Source: Candidatus Zixiibacteriota bacterium
GTDB taxonomy: Bacteria > Zixibacteria > MSB-5A5 > GN15 > JAAZOE01
Direction: 5' to 3'
Length of the DNA stretch: 30,193 nucleotides
Assembly: GCA_043819555.1 (NCBI GenBank)
Contig: JBDREQ010000047.1
Span: 1 to 30,193 of the forward strand
Positions 17,211-24,955 of this stretch are shown here, piece after piece (within the stretch, counting starts at the first letter, position 1; each line of letters begins with the position of its first letter). The notes under the pieces are model-generated. The model saw only the letters and a program-made list of their open reading frames with translations. It had not been told where the DNA came from and made no database searches. A program made the position numbers and the translations under genes.

Positions 17211-18857
17211 TTAAATCGGACATACTATTTTGCCCAGTTTTTCAGTCAATTTCAAATTTTCCGAGTAATCAACCGGTACTTCCAAAACGACCGGTTTATC
17301 CATTGTAAACGCTTTTTCCAGCATGGTCCTGACATCTTCTGTTTTCTCGGCTCTCATCCCTACCGCTCCAAATGATTCGGCCAGTTTGACAAAATCGGGG
17401 TTGCCCACCGATGTTCCAAAGGCATGCCCGAATTGATTTTTCTGTTTCCATTCAATCAGGCCGTAGCCGTTGTCATTCCAGATCATGATCACAATCGGAA
17501 GTTTCAACCTGACGGCTGTTTCGAGGTCCTGGACATTCATCATAAACCCGCCATCTCCGCATACCGTCAGAATTTTCTTTTCCGGATACACAATTTTGGC
17601 CGCCATCGCCCCCGGCAAAGCGATGCCCATCGAGGCAAACCCATTTGAGATGATGCATGAGTTGGGCGATTTAGCGATATACATACGGGCGATCCACATT
17701 TTGTGCGCCCCGACATCGGAAATCAGAATATCGTCATCATCCATCACGGAACGAATGTCGCCGATTAATTTTTGAGGTTTGGCGGGAAATGAAACGTCAT
17801 TGTCAAATTCATGAATATCATTCATTATCAATTTGCGATATTTGGCCGCCCAGGCGCCTTTGTCTTGTTCTGTGCCATTAAAGCGTTCATTCAATTCCCA
17901 TAATGTTCCGGCAATATCGGCTATGAGCTCGACCTCGGGGTGATAATATTCATCCACCTCCGCTTCGGTAAAATCGATATGAATAACTTTCTTATCCTTA
18001 TTCGGATTCCAAAATTGAGGCGAGTATTCTACCAGATCATACCCGATACAGATAATCAGGTCGGCTTCCTCAAAAGCGCAGGTGACATGATCGCGCGCCT
18101 GCAAACCGATCGTCAGCAAATTATATTCATAATCCCATCGGGCGGCGCCTTTGGCCATGAAAGTGTTAGTCACGGCAATATTGACCTTGTCTAGAAACAG
18201 TTTGAGCTGTTTGGAAGCCCTCTTGCGAATGGCTCCGTTGCCGCACAATATAAGCGGTTTTTTAGCCGCTTTAATCATCTCCACCGCCTGACTGGCCGCC
18301 TTGTAATCAACTGCTGGACGGCGGACTTTGCGTGATGGGATGACGTCGCAATGATCTTTTACATCGCACTGAGCGATATCTTCAGGAAGTTCCAGATGGG
18401 TCGCGCCCGGTTTTTCCGTCTGAGCGATTTTGAACGCCTTGCGCACCGATTCCGGAATGATTTCTCCGCGCGTGATCTGAGTGTTCCATTTTGTAATTGG
18501 CCGAAACATTGAAACAATATCGATATGCTGATGAGATTCCTTGTGCAGCCGATCAGTCGAGGCCTGGCCGGTTATCGCTACCAGTGGCGAGCGGTCGAGA
18601 TAGGCATCGGCGATGGCTGTAACGAGATTGGTCGCCCCGGGACCGATTGTCGCCAGACATACTCCAGCCTTTCCGGTCAGCCGTCCCCAGACGTCGGCCA
18701 TGAACCCGGCCGTCTGCTCGTGTCGAGTGGAGATAAATTTTATATCGGATTTGCGAACCGCTTCCAAAAAGGCGATATTTTCCTCACCCGGCAAGCCGAA
18801 AATATATTCGACCCCTTCGTTTTTCAGGCAATTGACAAATATCTCTGAAGCATTCAT
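17211..18857 (-). CDS. ThDP-dependent enzyme, acetolactate synthase large subunit-like (candidate 2-oxoglutarate decarboxylase)
   Basis: IFGLPGEEN, RHEQ, GPGATN, ITGQ, SDVGAHKMW, SNGFASMG, GDGGFMMN...WNDNGYG ThDP motif; ATG 18857 with GAGG RBS. Confidence 0.88.
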   Translation of the reverse strand: MNASEIFVNCLKNEGVEYIFGLPGEENIAFLEAVRKSDIKFISTRHEQTAGFMADVWGRLTGKAGVCLATIGPGATNLVTAIADAYLDRSPLVAITGQASTDRLHKESHQHIDIVSMFRPITKWNTQITRGEIIPESVRKAFKIAQTEKPGATHLELPEDIAQCDVKDHCDVIPSRKVRRPAVDYKAASQAVEMIKAAKKPLILCGNGAIRKRASKQLKLFLDKVNIAVTNTFMAKGAARWDYEYNLLTIGLQARDHVTCAFEEADLIICIGYDLVEYSPQFWNPNKDKKVIHIDFTEAEVDEYYHPEVELIADIAGTLWELNERFNGTEQDKGAWAAKYRKLIMNDIHEFDNDVSFPAKPQKLIGDIRSVMDDDDILISDVGAHKMWIARMYIAKSPNSCIISNGFASMGIALPGAMAAKIVYPEKKILTVCGDGGFMMNVQDLETAVRLKLPIVIMIWNDNGYGLIEWKQKNQFGHAFGTSVGNPDFVKLAESFGAVGMRAEKTEDVRTMLEKAFTMDKPVVLEVPVDYSENLKLTEKLGKIVCPI

Positions 18858-18995
18858 AAATAAATCCTCACCGAGCCTTAATTGCACCCTCTAATCTATA
18901 ATACGATATGTATATAGGAAAATGTTTTTTTATTAAATTGTTCCGTAGAATTGAATTTAATGTGAATAGTGACGACTTAATTAGTTCTGTCATAG

Positions 18996-19026
18996 AAAAA
19001 AGCGCGAATCATACAACCCGCGCCTT
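18996..19026 (-). terminator. Intrinsic terminator after the ferritin-like gene
   Basis: Minus strand AGGCGCGGGTT-GTAT-GATTCGCGC followed by T6. Confidence 0.72.
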
Positions 19027-19056
19027 CAAATCATGATGTAATTATAGAACTTACTC

Positions 19057-19494
19057 TTATCCGTAAGGGTACATGCCCTTTTTGATTGTCTCAAGAGTAT
19101 CTAAAAGCATGTCGTGTTTTTTCTCATCGACTAACAGGTAATTCAAAAGATATTCCTGGATGACCATCTTTTTACCTTTGAGAGCATCGTGAGCTTCGGT
19201 AGCATATGCTTCGGCCTTCTTTTCCATATCGATATGTCTTTGAATCAAATCCCAAACATCGGCAATGTCATCAGGCGACAGTGACATCGTGTCGGCTTCA
19301 AGGCTGGACGCAATCAATTCCTGCACCCGGTGATGGTTCATTGAATCATTGCGAATAATTTCCATAGCCATTTTGATTACTGGATTTTTGGTTTTAGTAA
19401 TAATTTCATTGCACTGCTCAATTGACGCATCTTCCACTTTTTGCCATTTACGCATATTTTCGATAATGCTCTGCTGTAATTCTTTTGTGGACAT
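19057..19494 (-). CDS. Ferritin-like (rubrerythrin-type four-helix bundle) protein
   Basis: 145 aa with a repeated helix-pair pattern: E...DSMNH and E...DEKKH; GGGAGG RBS. Confidence 0.7.
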   Translation of the reverse strand: MSTKELQQSIIENMRKWQKVEDASIEQCNEIITKTKNPVIKMAMEIIRNDSMNHHRVQELIASSLEADTMSLSPDDIADVWDLIQRHIDMEKKAEAYATEAHDALKGKKMVIQEYLLNYLLVDEKKHDMLLDTLETIKKGMYPYG

Positions 19495-19527
19495 TTTTGA
19501 CCTCCCATTTATTTAATTGCCCGTGTC

Positions 19528-19767
19528 TTATTCCTTTGACATATGTAACCGCCTTTGGGTATACATTTGTTCCGCACCGGTCAAAATTTCCGAAAAATTT
19601 TCTACATCGCCATAGAAAAATGGAGAAGCATCTATATCGTTTTGCTGATTGTGGCGGACTACTTCACCGAGGATACCGGGAGGCGTATATCCCGAGGCGA
19701 AAAACACGGCCATCCCCCCTATTAGTAAAAGTCCTGCGGTAAATTTGATCCATTTCAAAATCATCAA
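19528..19767 (-). CDS. Small single-TM hypothetical protein
   Basis: 79 aa; N-terminal hydrophobic helix then IDASPFFYGDVE; 13 bp downstream of the transporter gene on the same strand. Confidence 0.6.
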   Translation of the reverse strand: MMILKWIKFTAGLLLIGGMAVFFASGYTPPGILGEVVRHNQQNDIDASPFFYGDVENFSEILTGAEQMYTQRRLHMSKE

Positions 19768-19780
19768 TTCACTTTTTTTA

Positions 19781-21109
19781 TCAAATAGCGTTCGGGAACA
19801 TCACTATAAAGGCCAGAAACGCTACGGCCAGGGTAAGAATCAAATTGAATGATTGTCCGACAATATAAAGCGTCATCGGTTTGCCGCCTTCCATCCGGCT
19901 GGCGAGATTTTTGAAATTAGATTCGAGGCCGATGGCGACAAAGGCGAGGCAGAAAAACCATCCCCGCATTGTTTTGGTAATAGGATTTATAAATTCGGAT
20001 TCGACCAGTTTGAAATCGCCGCCCATTGCCGGAACCACAATAAATGAAAATATCACCGAAGCCCCGACAAATCCGATTACGAACTTTGGGAAACGATTCC
20101 AGATTTCCATCGGATTGGGGCGAGCTGCCCCCGGTTCTCGATCAACGCAGTAACACCAGTATAGGGCCACGCAAAAAGCCAGAATCCCGATTAGTACATT
20201 TTGGATCATTTTGACGACAGCGGCAACTTTTTCGGCATCGGGACCGAGCATCGAACCGGCAGCAACAACGGCGCCAGTTGAATCGATAGTTCCACCCATC
20301 CAGGCCCCGCCCAGAACGGCATCCATACCTAAGGCTTTGATAGCAATCGGCATAAAAACCATCATCAGAACGGTAAATATCAGAGTCATTCCAACTGCTA
20401 AAGTCAGGTCTTCTTTCTTGGCCCGGCAGGCGGCGGCCGTCGCAATAGCGGCCGATACCCCGCAGACTGAAGTCGCCGCCGCGATAATAATCGCCAGCGC
20501 CTTATTTTTCATTTTCAAAACGCGGACAGCAAAAATATATATGAACACAACGACTATAGGCGTAACAATCCAGGCGACCATTAGTCCCGGAGGCCCCAGG
20601 GCAAGAATCTTTTTGAATAAAATTTCCGCGCCCATAAGCACCAATCCGGTTTTGATAAACAATTCCGTTTTAGCTCCGGCCAAAAGCCACGAAGGCGTAC
20701 CGACTGTATTGGATATCAGAAGCCCGACCAGAAGTCCCCACATGGCATAGCTCAGTCCCCAATACTTAATATTGGATTGATTGGCAATCCAATACGCTAT
20801 ACAGGCGAGCAGAAATATAACCGCGAATCCGGCGATGTATTTCCCAACCGACTGATTTTTCATAACTGCGATCGCTATCGCGGTCACAACCCCGATGCAT
20901 ATCATTAATGCCAAAAGCGGCATGATATTAGTGCCGACAACAATCCCATTTTTTAGAATGATGAAGGCCTCGAGGGGATTCGTCGACCATTTGCCTATTT
21001 TGGGAATTTGTGGAATCCATCGCAATAACGCGGCGGCGATTATAGCAAATCCTATCCAGACCGCCCACCAGTCTTCATTCTTCCGGAGATCATCCCAACC
21101 TTTATTCAT
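19781..21109 (-). CDS. YeiH / putative sulfate exporter (PSE) family membrane transporter
   Basis: 442 aa; EDWWAVWIG, ELFIKTGLVLMG, TSVCGVSAAIA, GAWMGGTIDSTGAVVAAG, VKMIQNVLIG, RFPKFVIGF. Confidence 0.88.
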   Translation of the reverse strand: MNKGWDDLRKNEDWWAVWIGFAIIAAALLRWIPQIPKIGKWSTNPLEAFIILKNGIVVGTNIMPLLALMICIGVVTAIAIAVMKNQSVGKYIAGFAVIFLLACIAYWIANQSNIKYWGLSYAMWGLLVGLLISNTVGTPSWLLAGAKTELFIKTGLVLMGAEILFKKILALGPPGLMVAWIVTPIVVVFIYIFAVRVLKMKNKALAIIIAAATSVCGVSAAIATAAACRAKKEDLTLAVGMTLIFTVLMMVFMPIAIKALGMDAVLGGAWMGGTIDSTGAVVAAGSMLGPDAEKVAAVVKMIQNVLIGILAFCVALYWCYCVDREPGAARPNPMEIWNRFPKFVIGFVGASVIFSFIVVPAMGGDFKLVESEFINPITKTMRGWFFCLAFVAIGLESNFKNLASRMEGGKPMTLYIVGQSFNLILTLAVAFLAFIVMFPNAI

Positions 21110-21198
21110 AGAATCAACCCCTGAATGAGAAAATTGTTTTATAAATAGTCAATTTCATCAAGTCTAAAGATAAATTCATTGAATCCAAAATTGTATAT

Positions 21199-21224
21199 AA
21201 AAAAAGGCGGCCATTAGACCGCCT
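21199..21224 (-). terminator. Intrinsic terminator after qmoC
   Basis: Minus strand AGGCGGTC-TAAT-GGCCGCC followed by T7, 13 nt after the qmoC stop. Confidence 0.75.
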
Positions 21225-21237
21225 CGGATAGTTATAT

Positions 21238-22467
21238 TTAGGCCGCTTTGTCAGCGACCGCGATAGCCTCGGCCGCCACCTCCGGAACTTTGACGGTGCG
21301 TGGTTCGCGCTCTATCATAGTAGCATAGGTTAAAGCCAGCGTCCTGTAAATCATATGCGCGAATTTGGAATAAGGCATATACCAGAGGAGCATATACACA
21401 AAAACAATATGAAAGAAATAACTGAAATAAGCCAGTTCTCCGCTGCCCATCACTCTGATTAGCCATGATGTCATGCCGGTAAAACCGGTAAGAAAGATTA
21501 TGTATAAGAAGAATTGATCAGCATACCCATTAGCGCCGACAGATTTTTTGTCGGCCCAGCGGCGAAAGATCATAATACCACTGCCCAAAAATAACAATAA
21601 TCCGCTGACGGCCCCAAGAAATTTCACGGGATGAGGCAGCGCCAGAGGCAATTCAAAAAACGAATGGAGCGATTCCAAACCAAGCATATTCAAATAATGC
21701 GGTATGAAAATAAATACAAAGACCAAACCCGTCGTAACCATCGCTCCTACAAATCCGGCCAATACGAGAATATGCGCCGTGGCGCGATCTTTGTTGGCTT
21801 CGCATTCTTTGAAACGGGAATGAGTAATTACTTCTGTTATTGTCGTCCAGAACGCCTTCAGGAAAGGCGCTTTGACTGTGTCGCCGCGTGATTTTAGGGC
21901 TTTCCAGAATCGGGAAAAACCGATTGACGCAAAGGCAAAGATAATAATATTACCCAATACAAAGAGAGCATCAACGGTGCTGTGGGGGAGAAATAAATTA
22001 AAATCTACAACTTCACTGGAAATAAATACGAAATCACCAGTATCTAGACGCGGAGCTGAAATATAAATACAGAGAATTAAAATCAAAGCCGGCAACAAAA
22101 ACAAAAACGGCAAAGCCCCCGGTGATGCCACGGCTTTTCCCATAAATGAGGGAAAAGCAAATCGCTTATAAACATAGGCGCGAATCGCGGCCAGAACATC
22201 TCCCGGTTTGGCATCACGAGGACAATGTACTCCGCAGTCGTTGCATTGATAACATAGCCAAATATCGGGATCTTTAATAAGTTCATCGGCCTGACCCCAT
22301 TGAGTCAGAATCATTTCCTTACGCGGATATGGATTATCATCCGGAGAAAGATTGCAGACAACGGAGCATGTGGCGCATTGATAACACTTTTTCACCGACT
22401 CGCCACCATTTTTCTTAATTTCTCGGATAAACTGCAAATCGGGGTTTATCAGCCGATGTTCAGCCAT
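21238..22467 (-). CDS. qmoC: Quinone-interacting membrane-bound oxidoreductase subunit C
   Basis: 409 aa; HdrC-like 2x[4Fe-4S] motifs CYQCATCSVVC and WLCYQCNDCGVHCPRDAKPGDVLAAIR, then a heme-b membrane domain (AHILV, HPVKFLG, FFHIVFV, PYSKFAHMIYR); AAGGAG RBS. Confidence 0.93.
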   Translation of the reverse strand: MAEHRLINPDLQFIREIKKNGGESVKKCYQCATCSVVCNLSPDDNPYPRKEMILTQWGQADELIKDPDIWLCYQCNDCGVHCPRDAKPGDVLAAIRAYVYKRFAFPSFMGKAVASPGALPFLFLLPALILILCIYISAPRLDTGDFVFISSEVVDFNLFLPHSTVDALFVLGNIIIFAFASIGFSRFWKALKSRGDTVKAPFLKAFWTTITEVITHSRFKECEANKDRATAHILVLAGFVGAMVTTGLVFVFIFIPHYLNMLGLESLHSFFELPLALPHPVKFLGAVSGLLLFLGSGIMIFRRWADKKSVGANGYADQFFLYIIFLTGFTGMTSWLIRVMGSGELAYFSYFFHIVFVYMLLWYMPYSKFAHMIYRTLALTYATMIEREPRTVKVPEVAAEAIAVADKAA

Positions 22468-22537
22468 AATTACTCTCCTTGCTCTCCAATTATTACATAA
22501 GAACCTATATACAGGACAGATTTATTTATCAACTATA

Positions 22538-22566
22538 AAAATAGACAGGTTCATCATCCCTGTCAA
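22538..22566 (-). promoter_or_regulatory. Putative sigma70 promoter of qmoC
   Basis: TTGACA (22566-22561), 17 bp, TATTTT (22543-22538). Confidence 0.55.
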
Positions 22567-22571
22567 GCAAA

Positions 22572-22589
22572 TTGTTACTTATTTCACAA
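22572..22589. promoter_or_regulatory. Rex-type operator (TTGTGAA-N4-TTCACAA-like) upstream of the qmoC promoter
   Basis: ttgttacttatttcacaa (minus strand TTGTGAAATAAGTAACAA), 5 bp from the -35 box. Confidence 0.65.
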
Positions 22590-22972
22590 AGACTACATAA
22601 TCTTTTGATTTTATCGCCATTATTCGCCAATGTAATTCATATATTTTTTGTCCTGTATTTATTATTGACGACATTACAAAAAACAAAAGCTATGGCAAGA
22701 TATTCAACGCTTAAACCAAGGAATACATAATCTATTTTATCCCCCATTGAATCAGCAAGTGATTGCTATCTCTCCCATACTCGTAACTGATTATATATCA
22801 ACGCATATCCAATGTTTAGCGGTTGTTGCATTATGTCCCAAGTTTTTTGGGCGGCTTTGACTTTGTGTAAGGTCTGATCAAAGCGCGATCTTATTGGATT
22901 AATGGAGCAATAGAAACCGCGGATTGGCGAAAGTTTAAAGCAATTTTAAATAAGAAATAACTTCGTTTTCGC

Positions 22973-23001
22973 TTGACATCACTTGTGAAAATATTTACAT
23001 T
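22973..23001 (+). promoter_or_regulatory. Putative sigma70 promoter of sat-aprBA with an overlapping Rex-type operator
   Basis: TTGACA (22973-22978), 17 bp, TACATT (22996-23001); TTGTGAAAATATTTACAT at 22983-23000 covers the spacer and the -10. Confidence 0.7.
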
Positions 23002-23057
23002 CTCAGCGTAAAGAAGTGGAGATTATGGGAGAGTAAGTTCATTTTTTTTTATCCAGT

Positions 23058-23075
23058 TTGTGAAAAAAGTCACAT
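23058..23075. promoter_or_regulatory. Rex-type operator 2 in the sat leader
   Basis: TTGTGAAAAAAGTCACAT. Confidence 0.7.
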
Positions 23076-23122
23076 ATTTGACGACAAACGAATCGTTGAT
23101 TATGAATTGGTTTAGAATATGC

Positions 23123-23140
23123 TTGTGAAAAATGTCACAT
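23123..23140. promoter_or_regulatory. Rex-type operator 3 in the sat leader
   Basis: TTGTGAAAAATGTCACAT, 17/18 identical to the 23058 box. Confidence 0.7.
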
Positions 23141-23204
23141 ACTTACCGATAAATGTAGATAATAATGTTGTTTTTTAACTTTTTTAAAAAAGGATAGGTC
23201 AGAA

Positions 23205-24434
23205 ATGGCGAAATCCAATTTAATATCTCCTCACGGAAGCGATAAACTAAAAATATTGCTTCTTGAAGGTAAGGAGAAAGAAGCCGAATTAAAACGGGCG
23301 GGGACTCTGCCCAAAGTAGTCATGACTACTCGTGAAACCGGCGACTTGATTTTCTTAGGTATTGGCGGATTCACTCCCCTGGAAGGTTTCATGAATGAAG
23401 CTGACTGGAAGGGTGTCTGTCAGGACATGAAAATGGCAAACGGCATCTTTTGGCCGATTCCGGTTACTTTGTCTCACGATGCCAAATTCAATCCGGGTAC
23501 CGATATTTGTCTGATTTCCGGTGAAACGAATGAGATCATGGGTACAATGAAAGTTGAAGAGTGTTATAAAATCGACAAGGACTTTGAATGTAAGCACGTT
23601 TATACCACGACGGACCCTGAGCATCCCGGAGTTAAAATGGTAATGGAGCAAAAGGAATGGAATCTGGCTGGTCCGGTAAAGGTTTTATCCGAAAGTTACT
23701 TCCCTGAAGAATTCAAGGGAATTTATCAGCGTCCCGCGGAAAGCCGGAAAACATTTGCTGAAAAGGGCTGGAAGACAATCGCGGCATTGCAGCTTCGTAA
23801 CCCGATGCACCGTTCGCATGAGTATCTGGCCAAGATCGCCATTGAGGTATCTGACGGCCTCTATATTCATCAATTAGTCGGCAAATTAAAACCTGGTGAT
23901 ATTCCTGCTGATGTTCGCGTTGATTGCATCAACACTCTGGTTGAACATTATTTTGACAAGGACCGCGTCATAATGGGCGGGTATCCTCTGGATATGCGCT
24001 ATGCCGGCCCTCGCGAAGGATTGTTGCATGCCGTTTTCCGTCAGAATTTTGGCTGCACACATATGATTATTGGCCGCGATCATGCCGGAGTGGGTGATTA
24101 TTACGGACCGTTCGATGCCCAGGAAATATTCTTCAAACTCTGGGAAGGCGCTCTTGAATGCAAGATGCTGCCGATTGACTGGACATTCTGGTGTTACAAA
24201 TGCGGCGGCATGGCTTCCATGAAGACTTGTCCGCACGGTAAAGAAGATCGCCTCTTCCTGTCGGGTACCGCTCTGCGCAAATCTCTCTCTGAGGGTGGCG
24301 AAGTTCCCGCAGAATTTTCCCGCACTGAAGTTTTGAGTATTCTTCGGGACTATTATGGCGGTTTGAAAGAAGAAGATAAGGTTGAAGTTAAGATGCATGG
24401 CCATGCGTCTGGCGATGCGAAGATAAAAAAATAA
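23205..24434 (+). CDS. sat: Dissimilatory sulfate adenylyltransferase (ATP sulfurylase)
   Basis: 409 aa; [53 protein letters not shown], Zn site CYKC...CPH. Confidence 0.98.
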   Translation: MAKSNLISPHGSDKLKILLLEGKEKEAELKRAGTLPKVVMTTRETGDLIFLGIGGFTPLEGFMNEADWKGVCQDMKMANGIFWPIPVTLSHDAKFNPGTDICLISGETNEIMGTMKVEECYKIDKDFECKHVYTTTDPEHPGVKMVMEQKEWNLAGPVKVLSESYFPEEFKGIYQRPAESRKTFAEKGWKTIAALQLRNPMHRSHEYLAKIAIEVSDGLYIHQLVGKLKPGDIPADVRVDCINTLVEHYFDKDRVIMGGYPLDMRYAGPREGLLHAVFRQNFGCTHMIIGRDHAGVGDYYGPFDAQEIFFKLWEGALECKMLPIDWTFWCYKCGGMASMKTCPHGKEDRLFLSGTALRKSLSEGGEVPAEFSRTEVLSILRDYYGGLKEEDKVEVKMHGHASGDAKIKK

Positions 24435-24494
24435 ATGACAAAAGAAATATATAAAACCACAAACAAACGGGAAACTTCCAATTAGGAGGGATAT

Positions 24495-24935
24495 ATGCCA
24501 AGTTATGTAATTCCCGAAAAATGCGATGGGTGCAAAGCGCTGGACAAAACCGCTTGTCAGTATATTTGCCCCAATGATTTGATGGTCCTGGATAAGGATA
24601 AAATGAAGGCCTTTAATCAGGAACCGGACATGTGCTGGGAGTGCTACAGCTGCGTCAAGATCTGCCCGACTCAGGCAGTCGAAGTTCGCGGCTATGCCGA
24701 TTTCGTTCCGATGGGTGCGACGGTTACGCCGATGCGTAGTACTGACAGTATCATGTGGACGGTGAAATTCCGTAACAACATGTTGAAACGGTTCAAATTC
24801 CCAATTCGGACAACCGAAGAAGGTAAGGCACAGCCGGCGGGCGGTTATGCTACTGCTCATGATAATTTAAACGATCAAACACTGGCTCAAGAGCCTGAAG
24901 CGCTCAGATTATCTGAAGTGTACACTCTTAAGTAA
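24495..24935 (+). CDS. aprB: Adenylylsulfate reductase beta subunit
   Basis: 146 aa; CDGCKALDKTACQYICPNDLM and CWECYSCVKICP 2x[4Fe-4S], RGYADFVPMG, KRFKFPIRTT; AGGAGG RBS. Confidence 0.98.
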   Translation: MPSYVIPEKCDGCKALDKTACQYICPNDLMVLDKDKMKAFNQEPDMCWECYSCVKICPTQAVEVRGYADFVPMGATVTPMRSTDSIMWTVKFRNNMLKRFKFPIRTTEEGKAQPAGGYATAHDNLNDQTLAQEPEALRLSEVYTLK

Positions 24936-24955
24936 AATCTGGAGGTATTAAGAGA

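Noticed and set aside
17211..18857. Calling this gene ilvB (branched-chain amino acid synthesis)
   Set aside because: There is no regulatory subunit or other ilv/leu gene adjacent, and the operon partner is an ALDH, so the symbol is withheld.
20211..20750. 179-aa ORF antisense to the YeiH transporter
   Set aside because: Ala/Ile/Thr-rich mirror of a hydrophobic gene; no independent evidence.
22692..22730. 12-codon ORF (MARYSTLKPRNT) in the qmoC-sat intergenic region
   Set aside because: No convincing RBS and no attenuator structure; expected by chance.
22983..23140. CRISPR-like reading of three similar 18-bp repeats spaced 65-75 bp apart
   Set aside because: The repeats are too short and too few, spacing is unequal, no cas genes are present, and they match a transcription-factor palindrome overlapping a promoter.
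23886..24860. 324-aa ORF antisense to sat/aprB
   Set aside because: It lies opposite two unambiguous conserved genes and has no recognisable motifs. Long antisense frames are a common by-product of codon bias in highly expressed genes.
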